Virus record (IMG/VR): IMGVR_UViG_3300042807_000125
Strand: one strand, 5' to 3'
DNA length: 14,776 nt
Origin: a virus
This document shows positions 6,549 to 14,094 of the stretch, in pieces. Made by a program: the position numbers and the translations under genes. How positions within the stretch are numbered: position 1 is the first letter of the stretch; each line of letters starts with the position of its first letter. Under the pieces are notes generated by a model. The model did no database searches and was not told where the DNA came from. It saw nothing but the letters and a program-made list of their open reading frames with translations.

Positions 6549-7061
6549 GTGGCGGTTGTATCGGCAAGGGTTGAGGTTGTAGGGCTCAAGGATGCTTTAA
6601 AGACCCTAAACAAGATTGATAAATCTTTGCGCCGAGAAATTACCAAGGATTACAAGCGCATTGTTCAGCCTGTTATTGACGACGCAAACAAGCTTGTGCC
6701 TACTGGCGTCCCGTTGTCTGGTATGGCGCGCAACTGGCAGACCAAGTCTGGGTTTCAGATTTTGCCGTGGATACCTGGCATGAAACAAAAAATTGCTGCC
6801 AAAATCAATACTCGAGCGATCAAAGAGTACGGCGGTAACACCACAAATGTGGGCACGTTTGCTATTCAATGGAAAGGCGCAACAGGCACGATGTTTGACA
6901 CGTCTATGGCTGGCTCGCTTGGCCGTGCGTTAACTGCACGCTATGGGAGTCGTTCGCGAGTAATGTGGAAAGCGTACGAGCAACGCCAAAGTGATGTCAT
7001 GTCCGAGATGGAACAATTGGTCAAGCGCGTCATGGAAGAAGCGAACAGAGAGACCGCGTAA
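6549..7061 (+). CDS. HK97-gp10-like tail-completion/head-tail joining family protein (170 aa), GTG start
   Basis: GGAG (6540-6543) lies 5 nt before the GTG. The N-terminus (VSARVEVVGLKDALKTLNKIDKSLRREITKDYKRIVQPVIDDANKLVP) fits the gp10-family pattern v.v.G...l...L........a..v...Ak...P. Confidence 0.5.
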   Translation: MAVVSARVEVVGLKDALKTLNKIDKSLRREITKDYKRIVQPVIDDANKLVPTGVPLSGMARNWQTKSGFQILPWIPGMKQKIAAKINTRAIKEYGGNTTNVGTFAIQWKGATGTMFDTSMAGSLGRALTARYGSRSRVMWKAYEQRQSDVMSEMEQLVKRVMEEANRETA

Positions 7062-8380
7062 TGGCAATTAATATCCCGATCATTTCAGAGTTTGACGGCA
7101 AAGGGATTAAGAAGGCTATTGCCCAATTTAAGCAACTGGAAACAACGTCAGAAAAAGCCCAGTTTGCTATCAAGAAAGCGGCGGTGCCGGCAGCTGCGGC
7201 GCTTGGCGGTTTGGCGTTGGCGCTTGGTGACGCAACCAAGGCTGCAATGGAAGATCAGCAGGAACAGGCGGCGTTAGCGCTTACTTTGCAGAATGTGACT
7301 GGCGCGGGAGCCGCGCAAACCGCACAGATTGAAGATCAGATCAGCGCAATGTCTCGAGCGTCTGGCATCGCTGACACCGAGTACCGCAAGAGCCTTGAGG
7401 CTTTGGTGCGCGGTACAAAAGATGTTGACCTTGCCATGAAAGACATGAATCTTGTCATGGACATCAGCACAGCGCTCCAGATGGACAGTTCCACCGTGGC
7501 CGACGCATTGGCCAAGGCATACCAGGGCAACTTTAAGGCGCTCCGATCATTGACTCCAGAAATGGCAACAATGATTAAAGAAGGCGCAAGCCTGAACGAA
7601 GTCATGGACGTGCTTGGCGGTACGTTCGGCGGAGCAACCGCAGTTGCAGCAGACACCGCTGCAGGAAAAATGAAAATCTTGTCTAACTCAATTGGCGAAA
7701 CAAAAGAGTCAATCGGTGCAGCGCTGTTGCCCGTGCTTGAAGCCGTTTTACCTGTGCTAAACAAATTTGCTGCATGGGCTCAAGACAACCCCAAAGCATT
7801 TCTTTTCATTGCTGGAGCAATTGGCGCAGTCGCCGCAGCAATTGTCGCCACTAACATTGCAATGGCACTCAACCCATTCAGCCTTATTGCAGCAGGCATC
7901 GCATTGCTAATTGTAGGTTTAGTTGCCGCATACAACAAGTTTGAGTGGTTTCGCGATGGAATTAACCTTATCGTTAACACCGTTATCGGGTTTTTTGCTG
8001 GCATGGTCAACGCTGCAATTGGCGCGGTCAACGCAATTATTAGCGCGTACAATTCAATACCGTTGTTGCCAGATATTCCAAAAGCCCCAACAATGCCAGT
8101 ACCACAGTTAGGTGCAACAGGCCCAGCAACACAAGTTCCGCGCAAGATTCCGCGCATGGCTGAAGGTGGCATCGTAGATCAGCCAGGTGGGATGCTTGCT
8201 GTGATTGGTGAAGCAGGCCCAGAAGCAGTCGTGCCATTAGACCGAATGCAAACAGGCGGCGGAATAACTATCAACGTCACAGGCGGACTTGCCACAAGTG
8301 CCGAAATCGGTGAATCGGTCGTTAACGCTTTGCGCGCCTATTCGCGTAGCGCTGGGCCGTTGCAGTTACAGGTGGCGTAA
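7061..8380 (+). CDS. Tape measure protein (439 aa)
   Basis: It follows the chaperone region. The N-terminal half is long, Ala/Leu-rich and helical. There is a central hydrophobic block (FLFIAGAIGAVAAAIVATNIAMALNPFSLIAAGIALLIVGLVAAY). TAATG overlaps occur at both ends. Confidence 0.85.
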   Translation: MAINIPIISEFDGKGIKKAIAQFKQLETTSEKAQFAIKKAAVPAAAALGGLALALGDATKAAMEDQQEQAALALTLQNVTGAGAAQTAQIEDQISAMSRASGIADTEYRKSLEALVRGTKDVDLAMKDMNLVMDISTALQMDSSTVADALAKAYQGNFKALRSLTPEMATMIKEGASLNEVMDVLGGTFGGATAVAADTAAGKMKILSNSIGETKESIGAALLPVLEAVLPVLNKFAAWAQDNPKAFLFIAGAIGAVAAAIVATNIAMALNPFSLIAAGIALLIVGLVAAYNKFEWFRDGINLIVNTVIGFFAGMVNAAIGAVNAIISAYNSIPLLPDIPKAPTMPVPQLGATGPATQVPRKIPRMAEGGIVDQPGGMLAVIGEAGPEAVVPLDRMQTGGGITINVTGGLATSAEIGESVVNALRAYSRSAGPLQLQVA

Positions 8381-9669
8381 TGCCAGGCACAGCCGTAGTC
8401 AATTCAGGCAACTATGACCTAAAGATCGCAACAGGTTTTCAAGTTGACGCGTTCGTGCTCGACGACTCATTAAAGGGCGTGCTTGACAATACGACCTATG
8501 TGCTGGACGGCACAACCGAGTTTTCCGATGTCATGGACTCAACTATCAGCATCAATGTGCGCCGCGGTCGCCGTGACGTGGGCGATCAGTTCAGCGCCGG
8601 CACAATGACATTTACCATTCAGGACGTGGACGGGATATTTAACCCGTTTGACCAGAACAGCCCGTTTTACGACACTCCGCAATCTAAGCCTGGGCTTGCC
8701 CCATTGCGCGCAGTACAGCTCATCCGTTACAGCAACACCAATGTGCCCGAATCATTGTTCAGCGGTTATGTCGTCAATTATGATTACAACTTTGCGCTTG
8801 GCGGTCTAGACACCGTTACCGTGTATTGCGCTGACCAGTTTTATCTATTGGCACAAACCTACTTAGACGAATTAAACGTCACTACGGAAACATCAGGAGA
8901 ACGCATAGAAACAGTCCTAGATCTACCAGAAGTTGACTTTCCTGCAGGCGCTCGAAGCATCGCTACAGGCACCGTCAACCTAGGCCACGACAGCCCTTAT
9001 ACCGTGCCGGCAGGAACAAATGCGCTGCAATACCTAACCCAGATCAACGAAACCGCCGAGTTTGGGCGTTTGTTTATGTCAAGGGCTGGGGTGCTTACAT
9101 TCCAAAATCGCATCGGTACAACTTTAAGCGCGCCTATGGCAGAGTTTAAAGATGACGGCACAGGGTACAAGTTTGATGGCGTAGGCATCTCATTTGAAGC
9201 GGATTCGGTAATCAACAGATCAGTTGTTACAGGCTTAGACGGGGACAGTTACACAGCAACGGACGCTGGCTCAATCGCCACATATTTTATACAAACCTCA
9301 AGCATCACTAACAGCCTGTTGCATGAAGCTGCGCAAATACAAGCAGCTGCCGAATACTTGCTAAACCCAGAGCCCGAACCGCGCTATACGTCCGTGGCAA
9401 CCAAATACCTAATGCTGACCACAGCCCAAAAAGACACCTTGGCAACTGTTGATATTGGTGACACAATCAGCGTAGAAAAGACGTTTGCTAGCGGTACTGG
9501 CACAAGCCAGTTGGCTCAAGAGCTGTCAGTTGAGGGCATAGAGCATCGTCTGGATTTCAGCACAGGCCACAGCGTGCTGTACTCAACCGCGCCAACCACG
9601 ATCGTCTATGAACTCATCTTGGATGACGCGGTGTATGGCACACTCGACGCAGAGAATGTTTTAGGATAA
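8380..9669 (+). CDS. Distal-tail (Dit)-like minor tail protein with C-terminal extension (429 aa)
   Basis: It lies immediately after the tape measure. The N-terminal pattern ISINVRRGRRDVGDQFSAGTMTFTIQDVDGIFNP...LRAVQL...LFSGYV...VTVYCADQFYLL matches the motif common in the first minor tail protein of actinobacteriophages. Confidence 0.6.
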   Translation: MPGTAVVNSGNYDLKIATGFQVDAFVLDDSLKGVLDNTTYVLDGTTEFSDVMDSTISINVRRGRRDVGDQFSAGTMTFTIQDVDGIFNPFDQNSPFYDTPQSKPGLAPLRAVQLIRYSNTNVPESLFSGYVVNYDYNFALGGLDTVTVYCADQFYLLAQTYLDELNVTTETSGERIETVLDLPEVDFPAGARSIATGTVNLGHDSPYTVPAGTNALQYLTQINETAEFGRLFMSRAGVLTFQNRIGTTLSAPMAEFKDDGTGYKFDGVGISFEADSVINRSVVTGLDGDSYTATDAGSIATYFIQTSSITNSLLHEAAQIQAAAEYLLNPEPEPRYTSVATKYLMLTTAQKDTLATVDIGDTISVEKTFASGTGTSQLAQELSVEGIEHRLDFSTGHSVLYSTAPTTIVYELILDDAVYGTLDAENVLG

Positions 9670-9678
9670 GGAGCACTT

Positions 9679-10062
9679 ATGGCAACTAGGCAAAGTTTCA
9701 CCGCTGGACAGGTACTAACCGCCGCGCAACAAAACGCTTTGGCTACCGCGCAAATTGCGTTGAACGCACAAACAGGCACGTCGTACACCGCTGTGCTCGC
9801 AGACGACGGCGATCTCGTAACGCTTGACAATGGTTCAGCAATTACTTTTACAATTCCACCATCCAGCAGCGTTAACTTTGGTATCGGCACCCAGATCAAC
9901 ATCATGCAACTAGGCGCAGGTCAGGTCACAATTACGCCTGGCGCTGGCGTCACAATCCGATCGGCCAACTCACGACTCAAAACCACAGCACAGTATTCTG
10001 TTGCAACTTGCGTAAAAATCGCAACGGACACTTGGGTCGCTGTCGGCAGTCTCAGCGCATAA
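9679..10062 (+). CDS. Small minor tail / fibre-like protein (127 aa)
   Basis: SD AAGGAG lies upstream. The N-terminus (SFTAGQVLTAAQQNALA) resembles the conserved N-terminal motif of many phage tail-fibre proteins. It sits within the tail-tip block. Confidence 0.45.
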   Translation: MATRQSFTAGQVLTAAQQNALATAQIALNAQTGTSYTAVLADDGDLVTLDNGSAITFTIPPSSSVNFGIGTQINIMQLGAGQVTITPGAGVTIRSANSRLKTTAQYSVATCVKIATDTWVAVGSLSA

Positions 10063-10066
10063 CGCT

Positions 10067-10924
10067 ATGCAAATCTTGGCCATTGACGGCATACCTGCAT
10101 TAGATGTTGAATATCTATTAGTTGCTGGCGGTGCTGGCGGTGGCGGCGACATCGGCGGTGGCGGTGGTGGTGGCGGTGTATTAAACGCAACGATTGCTCG
10201 AGCGGTCAGCACAAACTATTCGTTAACAATTGGCGCAGGTGGTGTAGGCGGATTGAACTTGCAGCGCGGTGCAGACGGCAACTCAACAACAGGGTTTGGT
10301 CTTACTGCCACATACGGCGGAGCTGGTGGTGCCACCACGTTGCTCAATGGTTCACCAGGTGGCTCAGGCGGTGGTGGTTCACAAACAGGTACCGGTGGCG
10401 CTGGAACATCAGGCCAAGGAAACAACGGCGGTGCAGGTGTCTCGTCAACAAGTTTTGCTGGCGGTGGTGGCGGCGGCAAAAACGCTGTCGGTTCAGATGC
10501 AACTGCTTCACTTGCCGGCGCTGGCGGTGCTGGAATTACCACAACTATTAGCGGTTCAAGTCAGGTTTACGGCTCAGGCGGTGGTGGTGGTTTCTTAAAC
10601 ACAACTTCAGCAAATACTGGGAACCGTGGCATCGGTGGAACTAACGCAGGTTCAGGCGGCGTTTCATCGGGCCCGAGTGGAACGATTATTAACACAGCAT
10701 CCGCTGGATCTGCCAACTTTGGCGGCGGTGGTGGTGGCGGTGGTTGGAACACAGGGTCAAACTCTCAAGGAGCGTCTGGTGGTTCTGGCGTGATTGTTCT
10801 CAAATACCCAGAGCAATACACCATTACGGTCGGCGCAGGTCTAACAGGTTCAACAGCAACAGTTCCTAACGGTTTTAAAGTTACAACAATTACCGCTGGT
10901 ACAGGAAACGTGAGTTGGGTGTAA
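10067..10924 (+). CDS. Glycine-rich minor tail / putative receptor-binding protein (285 aa)
   Basis: My hand count gives about 91 of 285 residues as Gly. There are two 8-Gly runs, plus 5- and 6-Gly runs each followed by x-N. The C-terminal block is GGSGVIVLKYP. It lies at the end of the tail module. Confidence 0.6.
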   Translation: MQILAIDGIPALDVEYLLVAGGAGGGGDIGGGGGGGGVLNATIARAVSTNYSLTIGAGGVGGLNLQRGADGNSTTGFGLTATYGGAGGATTLLNGSPGGSGGGGSQTGTGGAGTSGQGNNGGAGVSSTSFAGGGGGGKNAVGSDATASLAGAGGAGITTTISGSSQVYGSGGGGGFLNTTSANTGNRGIGGTNAGSGGVSSGPSGTIINTASAGSANFGGGGGGGGWNTGSNSQGASGGSGVIVLKYPEQYTITVGAGLTGSTATVPNGFKVTTITAGTGNVSWV

Positions 10925-11151
10925 TGGCACACTACGCATTTTTAGACGACAACAACATTGTGACCGAAGTAATTGTCGGCATTGACGAAACTGAACTTAT
11001 TGAAGGCTTAAGCCCAGAAGAATGGTATGCAAATTACCGCGGCCAAACATGCAAACGCACGTCTTATCACGGCAACATTCGAGGCCGCTACGCCGGCAAA
11101 GGTATGCGCTATGACGAAACACTTGACGAATTCGTAGAAATTACAGAATGA
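10924..11151 (+). CDS. Hypothetical protein (75 aa), MAHYAFLDDNNIV... type often seen beside phage tail-fibre genes
   Basis: ATG 10924 overlaps the upstream stop (TAATG). I prefer it to the track's TTG at 10915. Confidence 0.6.
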   Translation: MAHYAFLDDNNIVTEVIVGIDETELIEGLSPEEWYANYRGQTCKRTSYHGNIRGRYAGKGMRYDETLDEFVEITE

Positions 11152-11152
11152 A

Positions 11153-11317
11153 ATGGCTGTTGAGATTGTGGTTTCTCTGGTCGGTGGGGGTTTCGCTGTG
11201 GTGGTGGCGCTCATCAGCAAAATCGGATACGACAACAAAAAAGACCACGGCATCGTACACAAAGCCTTAGGGCGAATAGAAGAAAAGATAGACAACCATG
11301 TTGAAAATCACCGATAA
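11153..11317 (+). CDS. 54-aa single-pass membrane protein (lysis-cassette accessory / holin-like)
   Basis: It is not in the ORF track (under 60 aa). The ATG lies 1 nt after the upstream stop. It has an N-terminal TM segment (AVEIVVSLVGGGFAVVVALI) and a charged C-terminal tail. Confidence 0.45.
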   Translation: MAVEIVVSLVGGGFAVVVALISKIGYDNKKDHGIVHKALGRIEEKIDNHVENHR

Positions 11318-11501
11318 AGACAAAGCAATGTTTGCTAGTTACCTGCGTTCAGTTGTCGGCGCACTCATTGCTGTTTACTCGACAGGCACCACAGACCCAG
11401 CCGACTACGGCAAAGGCGCGATCGCTGCAATCATCCCACCATTGCTCCGCTGGGTAAACCCAAAAGACGCAGGATTTGGTCGTGGCGACAGCCAAAGCTA
11501 A
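11298..11501 (+). CDS. Putative holin (67 aa, two hydrophobic segments)
   Basis: Hydrophobic segments VVGALIAVYSTG and GAIAAIIPPLLRWV are followed by a polar C-terminus. It lies directly upstream of and overlapping the endolysin gene. Confidence 0.5.
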   Translation: MLKITDKDKAMFASYLRSVVGALIAVYSTGTTDPADYGKGAIAAIIPPLLRWVNPKDAGFGRGDSQS

Positions 11502-12003
11502 CCCCAACTCACGGCCATATATTGGCAATAGTGACGGCCCAGCAGCAGGCCCACGTGCCGGCATGAATGAGTTTATTAAACAAGTGATTAATCATTCTGG
11601 TGGCGCGCTTTGGAACAACGGGTCGTACGGTCAGCGCGACATGAAAGGCAAGCCAGGCAGTTTGTCCGTGCATGCAACTGGTCGCGCGGTTGACATGTCG
11701 TATCGAGGGAGTGCACGTCATCCGCAATCGTCACGCAAATCAGCATTGCCATTTATTGAGCGTATGGTTGCCAACGCGAACGATCTTGGAATCCAGATGG
11801 TGATTGATTACTTCCCATCGCCGTACGGTCGCGCATGGAAATGTGACCGACAGGCTTGGCAGAAGTACAGCAAGCCAACAGTCAGCGGTGCACCTGGCGG
11901 AGACTGGTTCCACATCGAGATATCACCACAAGCTGCGGATTCGGTGATCTTCGTCAAAGCCGCATTCTTAAAGGTGTTCGGGGAAATCCCACCCAAGGCT
12001 TGA
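11482..12003 (+). CDS. Endolysin, LAS-family (M15-like) zinc peptidase
   Basis: It carries an exact S-x-H-x-x-G-x-A-x-D motif (SVHATGRAVD) and a distal DWFHIE histidine motif. The start is uncertain: GTG 11482 has AGGA 7 nt upstream, and the alternatives are TTG 11476 (ORF track) and ATG 11563. Confidence 0.85.
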   Translation: MATAKANPNSRPYIGNSDGPAAGPRAGMNEFIKQVINHSGGALWNNGSYGQRDMKGKPGSLSVHATGRAVDMSYRGSARHPQSSRKSALPFIERMVANANDLGIQMVIDYFPSPYGRAWKCDRQAWQKYSKPTVSGAPGGDWFHIEISPQAADSVIFVKAAFLKVFGEIPPKA

Positions 12004-12043
12004 TCTATGTTCTAGGGTCGGAGTACCGACAAAAGGACAGGCA

Positions 12044-12220
12044 ATGACTGAACCGCAGATCGTTGATTACAGCGTCTATACAGGAGTGATGGACAACGGC
12101 CAAGAAATCTTGGTACAGATCTTTACCAGCCCAGAGTCGGGCAAGTTCTTATTAGGACAAATCGCATTTAGATCGGCAACCTCAACTTGGGGTCAGCCCA
12201 TACCTTTGGAGAAAAAATGA
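12044..12220 (+). CDS. Hypothetical 58-aa protein
   Basis: It is not in the ORF track. Its sequence is MTEPQIVDYSVYTGVMDNGQEILVQIFTSPESGKFLLGQIAFRSATSTWGQPIPLEKK. The stop overlaps the next ATG (ATGA at 12217-12220). Confidence 0.45.
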   Translation: MTEPQIVDYSVYTGVMDNGQEILVQIFTSPESGKFLLGQIAFRSATSTWGQPIPLEKK

Positions 12221-12726
12221 ACTATTTTGCAGAGAAAATTATAGGGCTAGTGCTTTGTACGGTCTTTGGCTTTACGGTCGCTGTGGGGGCTCCTGACGCG
12301 TCTGGTAGCCCGTCTGACACTATCGCCCTAGCGCCGTTAGCAGTACAGCCGTACCTAATTGAGCCAACCACGACCACCAGCTCAACGATCTTTATAGACC
12401 CGGACGCATCGGCTTGCAATCAGTTCAGCGCGTTAGCAGTCAACCTTGGCTGGCCTGCCGATCAGCGCACCGTACTCGAATCAATCATGTTCCGCGAATC
12501 GCGCTGCATACCAAACGCGGTCAACAGCAAAGACCCAAACGGGGGCAGTCGTGGGCTTATGCAAATTAACGGATTCTGGACACCATGGCTAACCGATGCC
12601 GGCATTATCAACCAGGTGGATGATCTGTTACAGGCTCAAACTAATCTGCTCGCAGCATTAGCAATTTACAACTACGGGGTCGAGCGTCATGGCTACGGCT
12701 GGGGACCATGGAGCGCAACAAAATGA
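12217..12726 (+). CDS. Membrane-anchored / secreted lytic transglycosylase (SLT domain, 169 aa)
   Basis: I prefer ATG 12217 (ATGA coupling) to the track's TTG at 12187. The N-terminal hydrophobic segment is IIGLVLCTVFGFTVAVGA, followed by a Thr/Ser-rich linker. SLT motifs are present: FRESRC (catalytic Glu-Ser), GLMQIN, AIYNYG. Confidence 0.8.
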   Translation: MNYFAEKIIGLVLCTVFGFTVAVGAPDASGSPSDTIALAPLAVQPYLIEPTTTTSSTIFIDPDASACNQFSALAVNLGWPADQRTVLESIMFRESRCIPNAVNSKDPNGGSRGLMQINGFWTPWLTDAGIINQVDDLLQAQTNLLAALAIYNYGVERHGYGWGPWSATK

Positions 12727-12986
12727 GCGAAGGCGTGTCATACAACCAAGGCGAACTAACAGAAGAAACACGCAAAATGGTGCTTGATTCAACACTCAAC
12801 GCAAACCATTCAATGGCAGTCTTTAGTTTGATTGACGACATCATGGCGATCAGCAAAAACCCACACGCAAGCATCATCCAACGTCTAAAGACAATGAAAA
12901 ACCAGTTGTCATTAGAAGACCCGATGCCGCTTTACGATGTGACTACACTCGACTTAGCAATCAAAGCATTACAAGCACATTCCTAA
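12723..12986 (+). CDS. Hypothetical acidic protein (87 aa)
   Basis: ATG 12723 overlaps the upstream stop (ATGA), with GGAG 9 nt upstream. ATG 12708 is the alternative start. Confidence 0.6.
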   Translation: MSEGVSYNQGELTEETRKMVLDSTLNANHSMAVFSLIDDIMAISKNPHASIIQRLKTMKNQLSLEDPMPLYDVTTLDLAIKALQAHS

Positions 12987-13007
12987 CCGACAAGGGAGAT
13001 TCCGACA

Positions 13008-13406
13008 ATGAAAACCTGCACAATTTGCAAAGGCTCAATTGCCTACCCAGAGATCACAGGCAAAACACATTTCGTTTGTGACGGCCGTGTACCGGCAAGA
13101 AAACATGCGCCATTTATCCAAGGAATGTTGGCGTCACAATCGTCTGCTGATGCGCGTTGGACACGCGATGAACAAAACAAAGTTGATGCAGCGATCTTGC
13201 ACGTTGCGCGCACAAAAGGGTTCTTCACATCGGACGACATTTGGCAACACCTGGGCGACCAGTTTCCCGTCACCAAAGGCATCGCTGGACGGTTGAACGC
13301 AGCTGCGCGTCGTGGCATTATCCGTAACACGGGCGAACTGGCATACGCACAGCGCGGTGGCGCACATGACCATGCACAACGTTTAAGCGTCTGGGCAGGC
13401 ATCTAA
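13008..13406 (+). CDS. Putative Zn-ribbon plus winged-helix-like DNA-binding protein (132 aa)
   Basis: SD GGGAG lies upstream. The N-terminus has C4-x2-C7...H21-x2-C24. The C-terminal half (FFTSDDIWQHLG...GIAGRLNAAARRGIIRNTGE...RLSVW) looks like a wHTH. The function is inferred only. Confidence 0.4.
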   Translation: MKTCTICKGSIAYPEITGKTHFVCDGRVPARKHAPFIQGMLASQSSADARWTRDEQNKVDAAILHVARTKGFFTSDDIWQHLGDQFPVTKGIAGRLNAAARRGIIRNTGELAYAQRGGAHDHAQRLSVWAGI

Positions 13407-13951
13407 TGGGCTTTGATCTAAGCAACTACGAAACAGTCGAATCGCGTCTAGTCCGCTGGTGGGCTGCATACCCGAACGGGCGCGTGTACACAATGATGAT
13501 GAACTACACAGGCGACGCTTGCGTGTTCTATTGCGAACTATACGCCGACAAAGAAGACAAGGTGCCAGTCGCTACAGGCTACGCAGAAGAAATCAAAAGC
13601 GACCGCGGTGTCAATGCCACATCGTTTGTAGAGAACTGTGAAACGAGCGCGATCGGTCGCGCGATCGCTAATTGCCCTTTACAGGCGCCTGCTAGTGGCC
13701 CTAGACCGTCACGCAATGAGATGCAAAAGGTTGAGCGTTTAACAACTCCACCGCAACCGCAACCGCACACACCCTCTGGCGCGTTTGCCACGCCTAAGCA
13801 GATCGGCTACATCAAGAAACTGGCTAAAGATGCCGGCATGGACGATCTTCGACTGTTGGAGTTAATCCAGCGCGAACTGAACAGCGATGAAGCGGTGTTA
13901 GAGCTGTTGAAATCACATGAAGCAAGCAGAATCATTGAGGTACTGAAATGA
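13406..13951 (+). CDS. Possible Rad52/Sak-like single-strand annealing or ssDNA-binding protein with a PQ-rich linker and helical C-terminal tail (181 aa)
   Basis: The core pattern YETVESRLVRWW...ATGYAEE...ENCETSAIGRAIAN resembles the beta-beta-beta-alpha core and the (K/E)xAxS/TxAxxRA helix of Rad52-superfamily SSAPs. The call is tentative. Confidence 0.3.
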   Translation: MGFDLSNYETVESRLVRWWAAYPNGRVYTMMMNYTGDACVFYCELYADKEDKVPVATGYAEEIKSDRGVNATSFVENCETSAIGRAIANCPLQAPASGPRPSRNEMQKVERLTTPPQPQPHTPSGAFATPKQIGYIKKLAKDAGMDDLRLLELIQRELNSDEAVLELLKSHEASRIIEVLK

Positions 13952-14094
13952 CGTTAGAAGAACTGATCACAAACATTGAGCGCTTACAGAGCGTGTACAA
14001 CAGCATGGTTGACCCTGAACAGCACGAAGCAAGGCAATACGTGCGTTGGGCAATCAAGCACCTTGCAGACAAGACGTACATGGCTGCGCTGTAA
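13948..14094 (+). CDS. Hypothetical 48-aa helical protein
   Basis: It is not in the ORF track. There is an ATGA overlap upstream and a TAATG overlap downstream. Its sequence is MTLEELITNIERLQSVYNSMVDPEQHEARQYVRWAIKHLADKTYMAAL. Confidence 0.45.
   Translation: MTLEELITNIERLQSVYNSMVDPEQHEARQYVRWAIKHLADKTYMAAL

Noticed and set aside
10120-10750. Repetitive GGYGGY tracts as a CRISPR array, tandem-repeat locus or DGR variable region
   Set aside because: The tracts are in-frame glycine codons inside a well-supported ORF. There is no repeat-spacer periodicity, no reverse transcriptase and no template repeat elsewhere in the genome.
9970-10752. Proline-rich minus-strand ORFs (9970-10212, 10216-10542, 10567-10752) and the plus-strand alternate-frame ORF 10269-10598
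   Set aside because: The poly-Pro is just the reverse complement of the GGN glycine codons in the glycine-rich tail gene, so these are compositional artefacts.
12017-12030. Hairpin GTCGG-agta-CCGAC after the endolysin stop as a terminator
   Set aside because: It is followed by an A-run rather than a T-run, and the stem is only 5 bp.
10915-14094. TTG starts proposed by the ORF track (10915, 11476, 12187, 14046)
   Set aside because: In each case a downstream start gives a canonical stop-start overlap with the preceding gene (ATG 10924, 12217, 14094) or a properly spaced AGGA (GTG 11482). Stop coordinates are unchanged.
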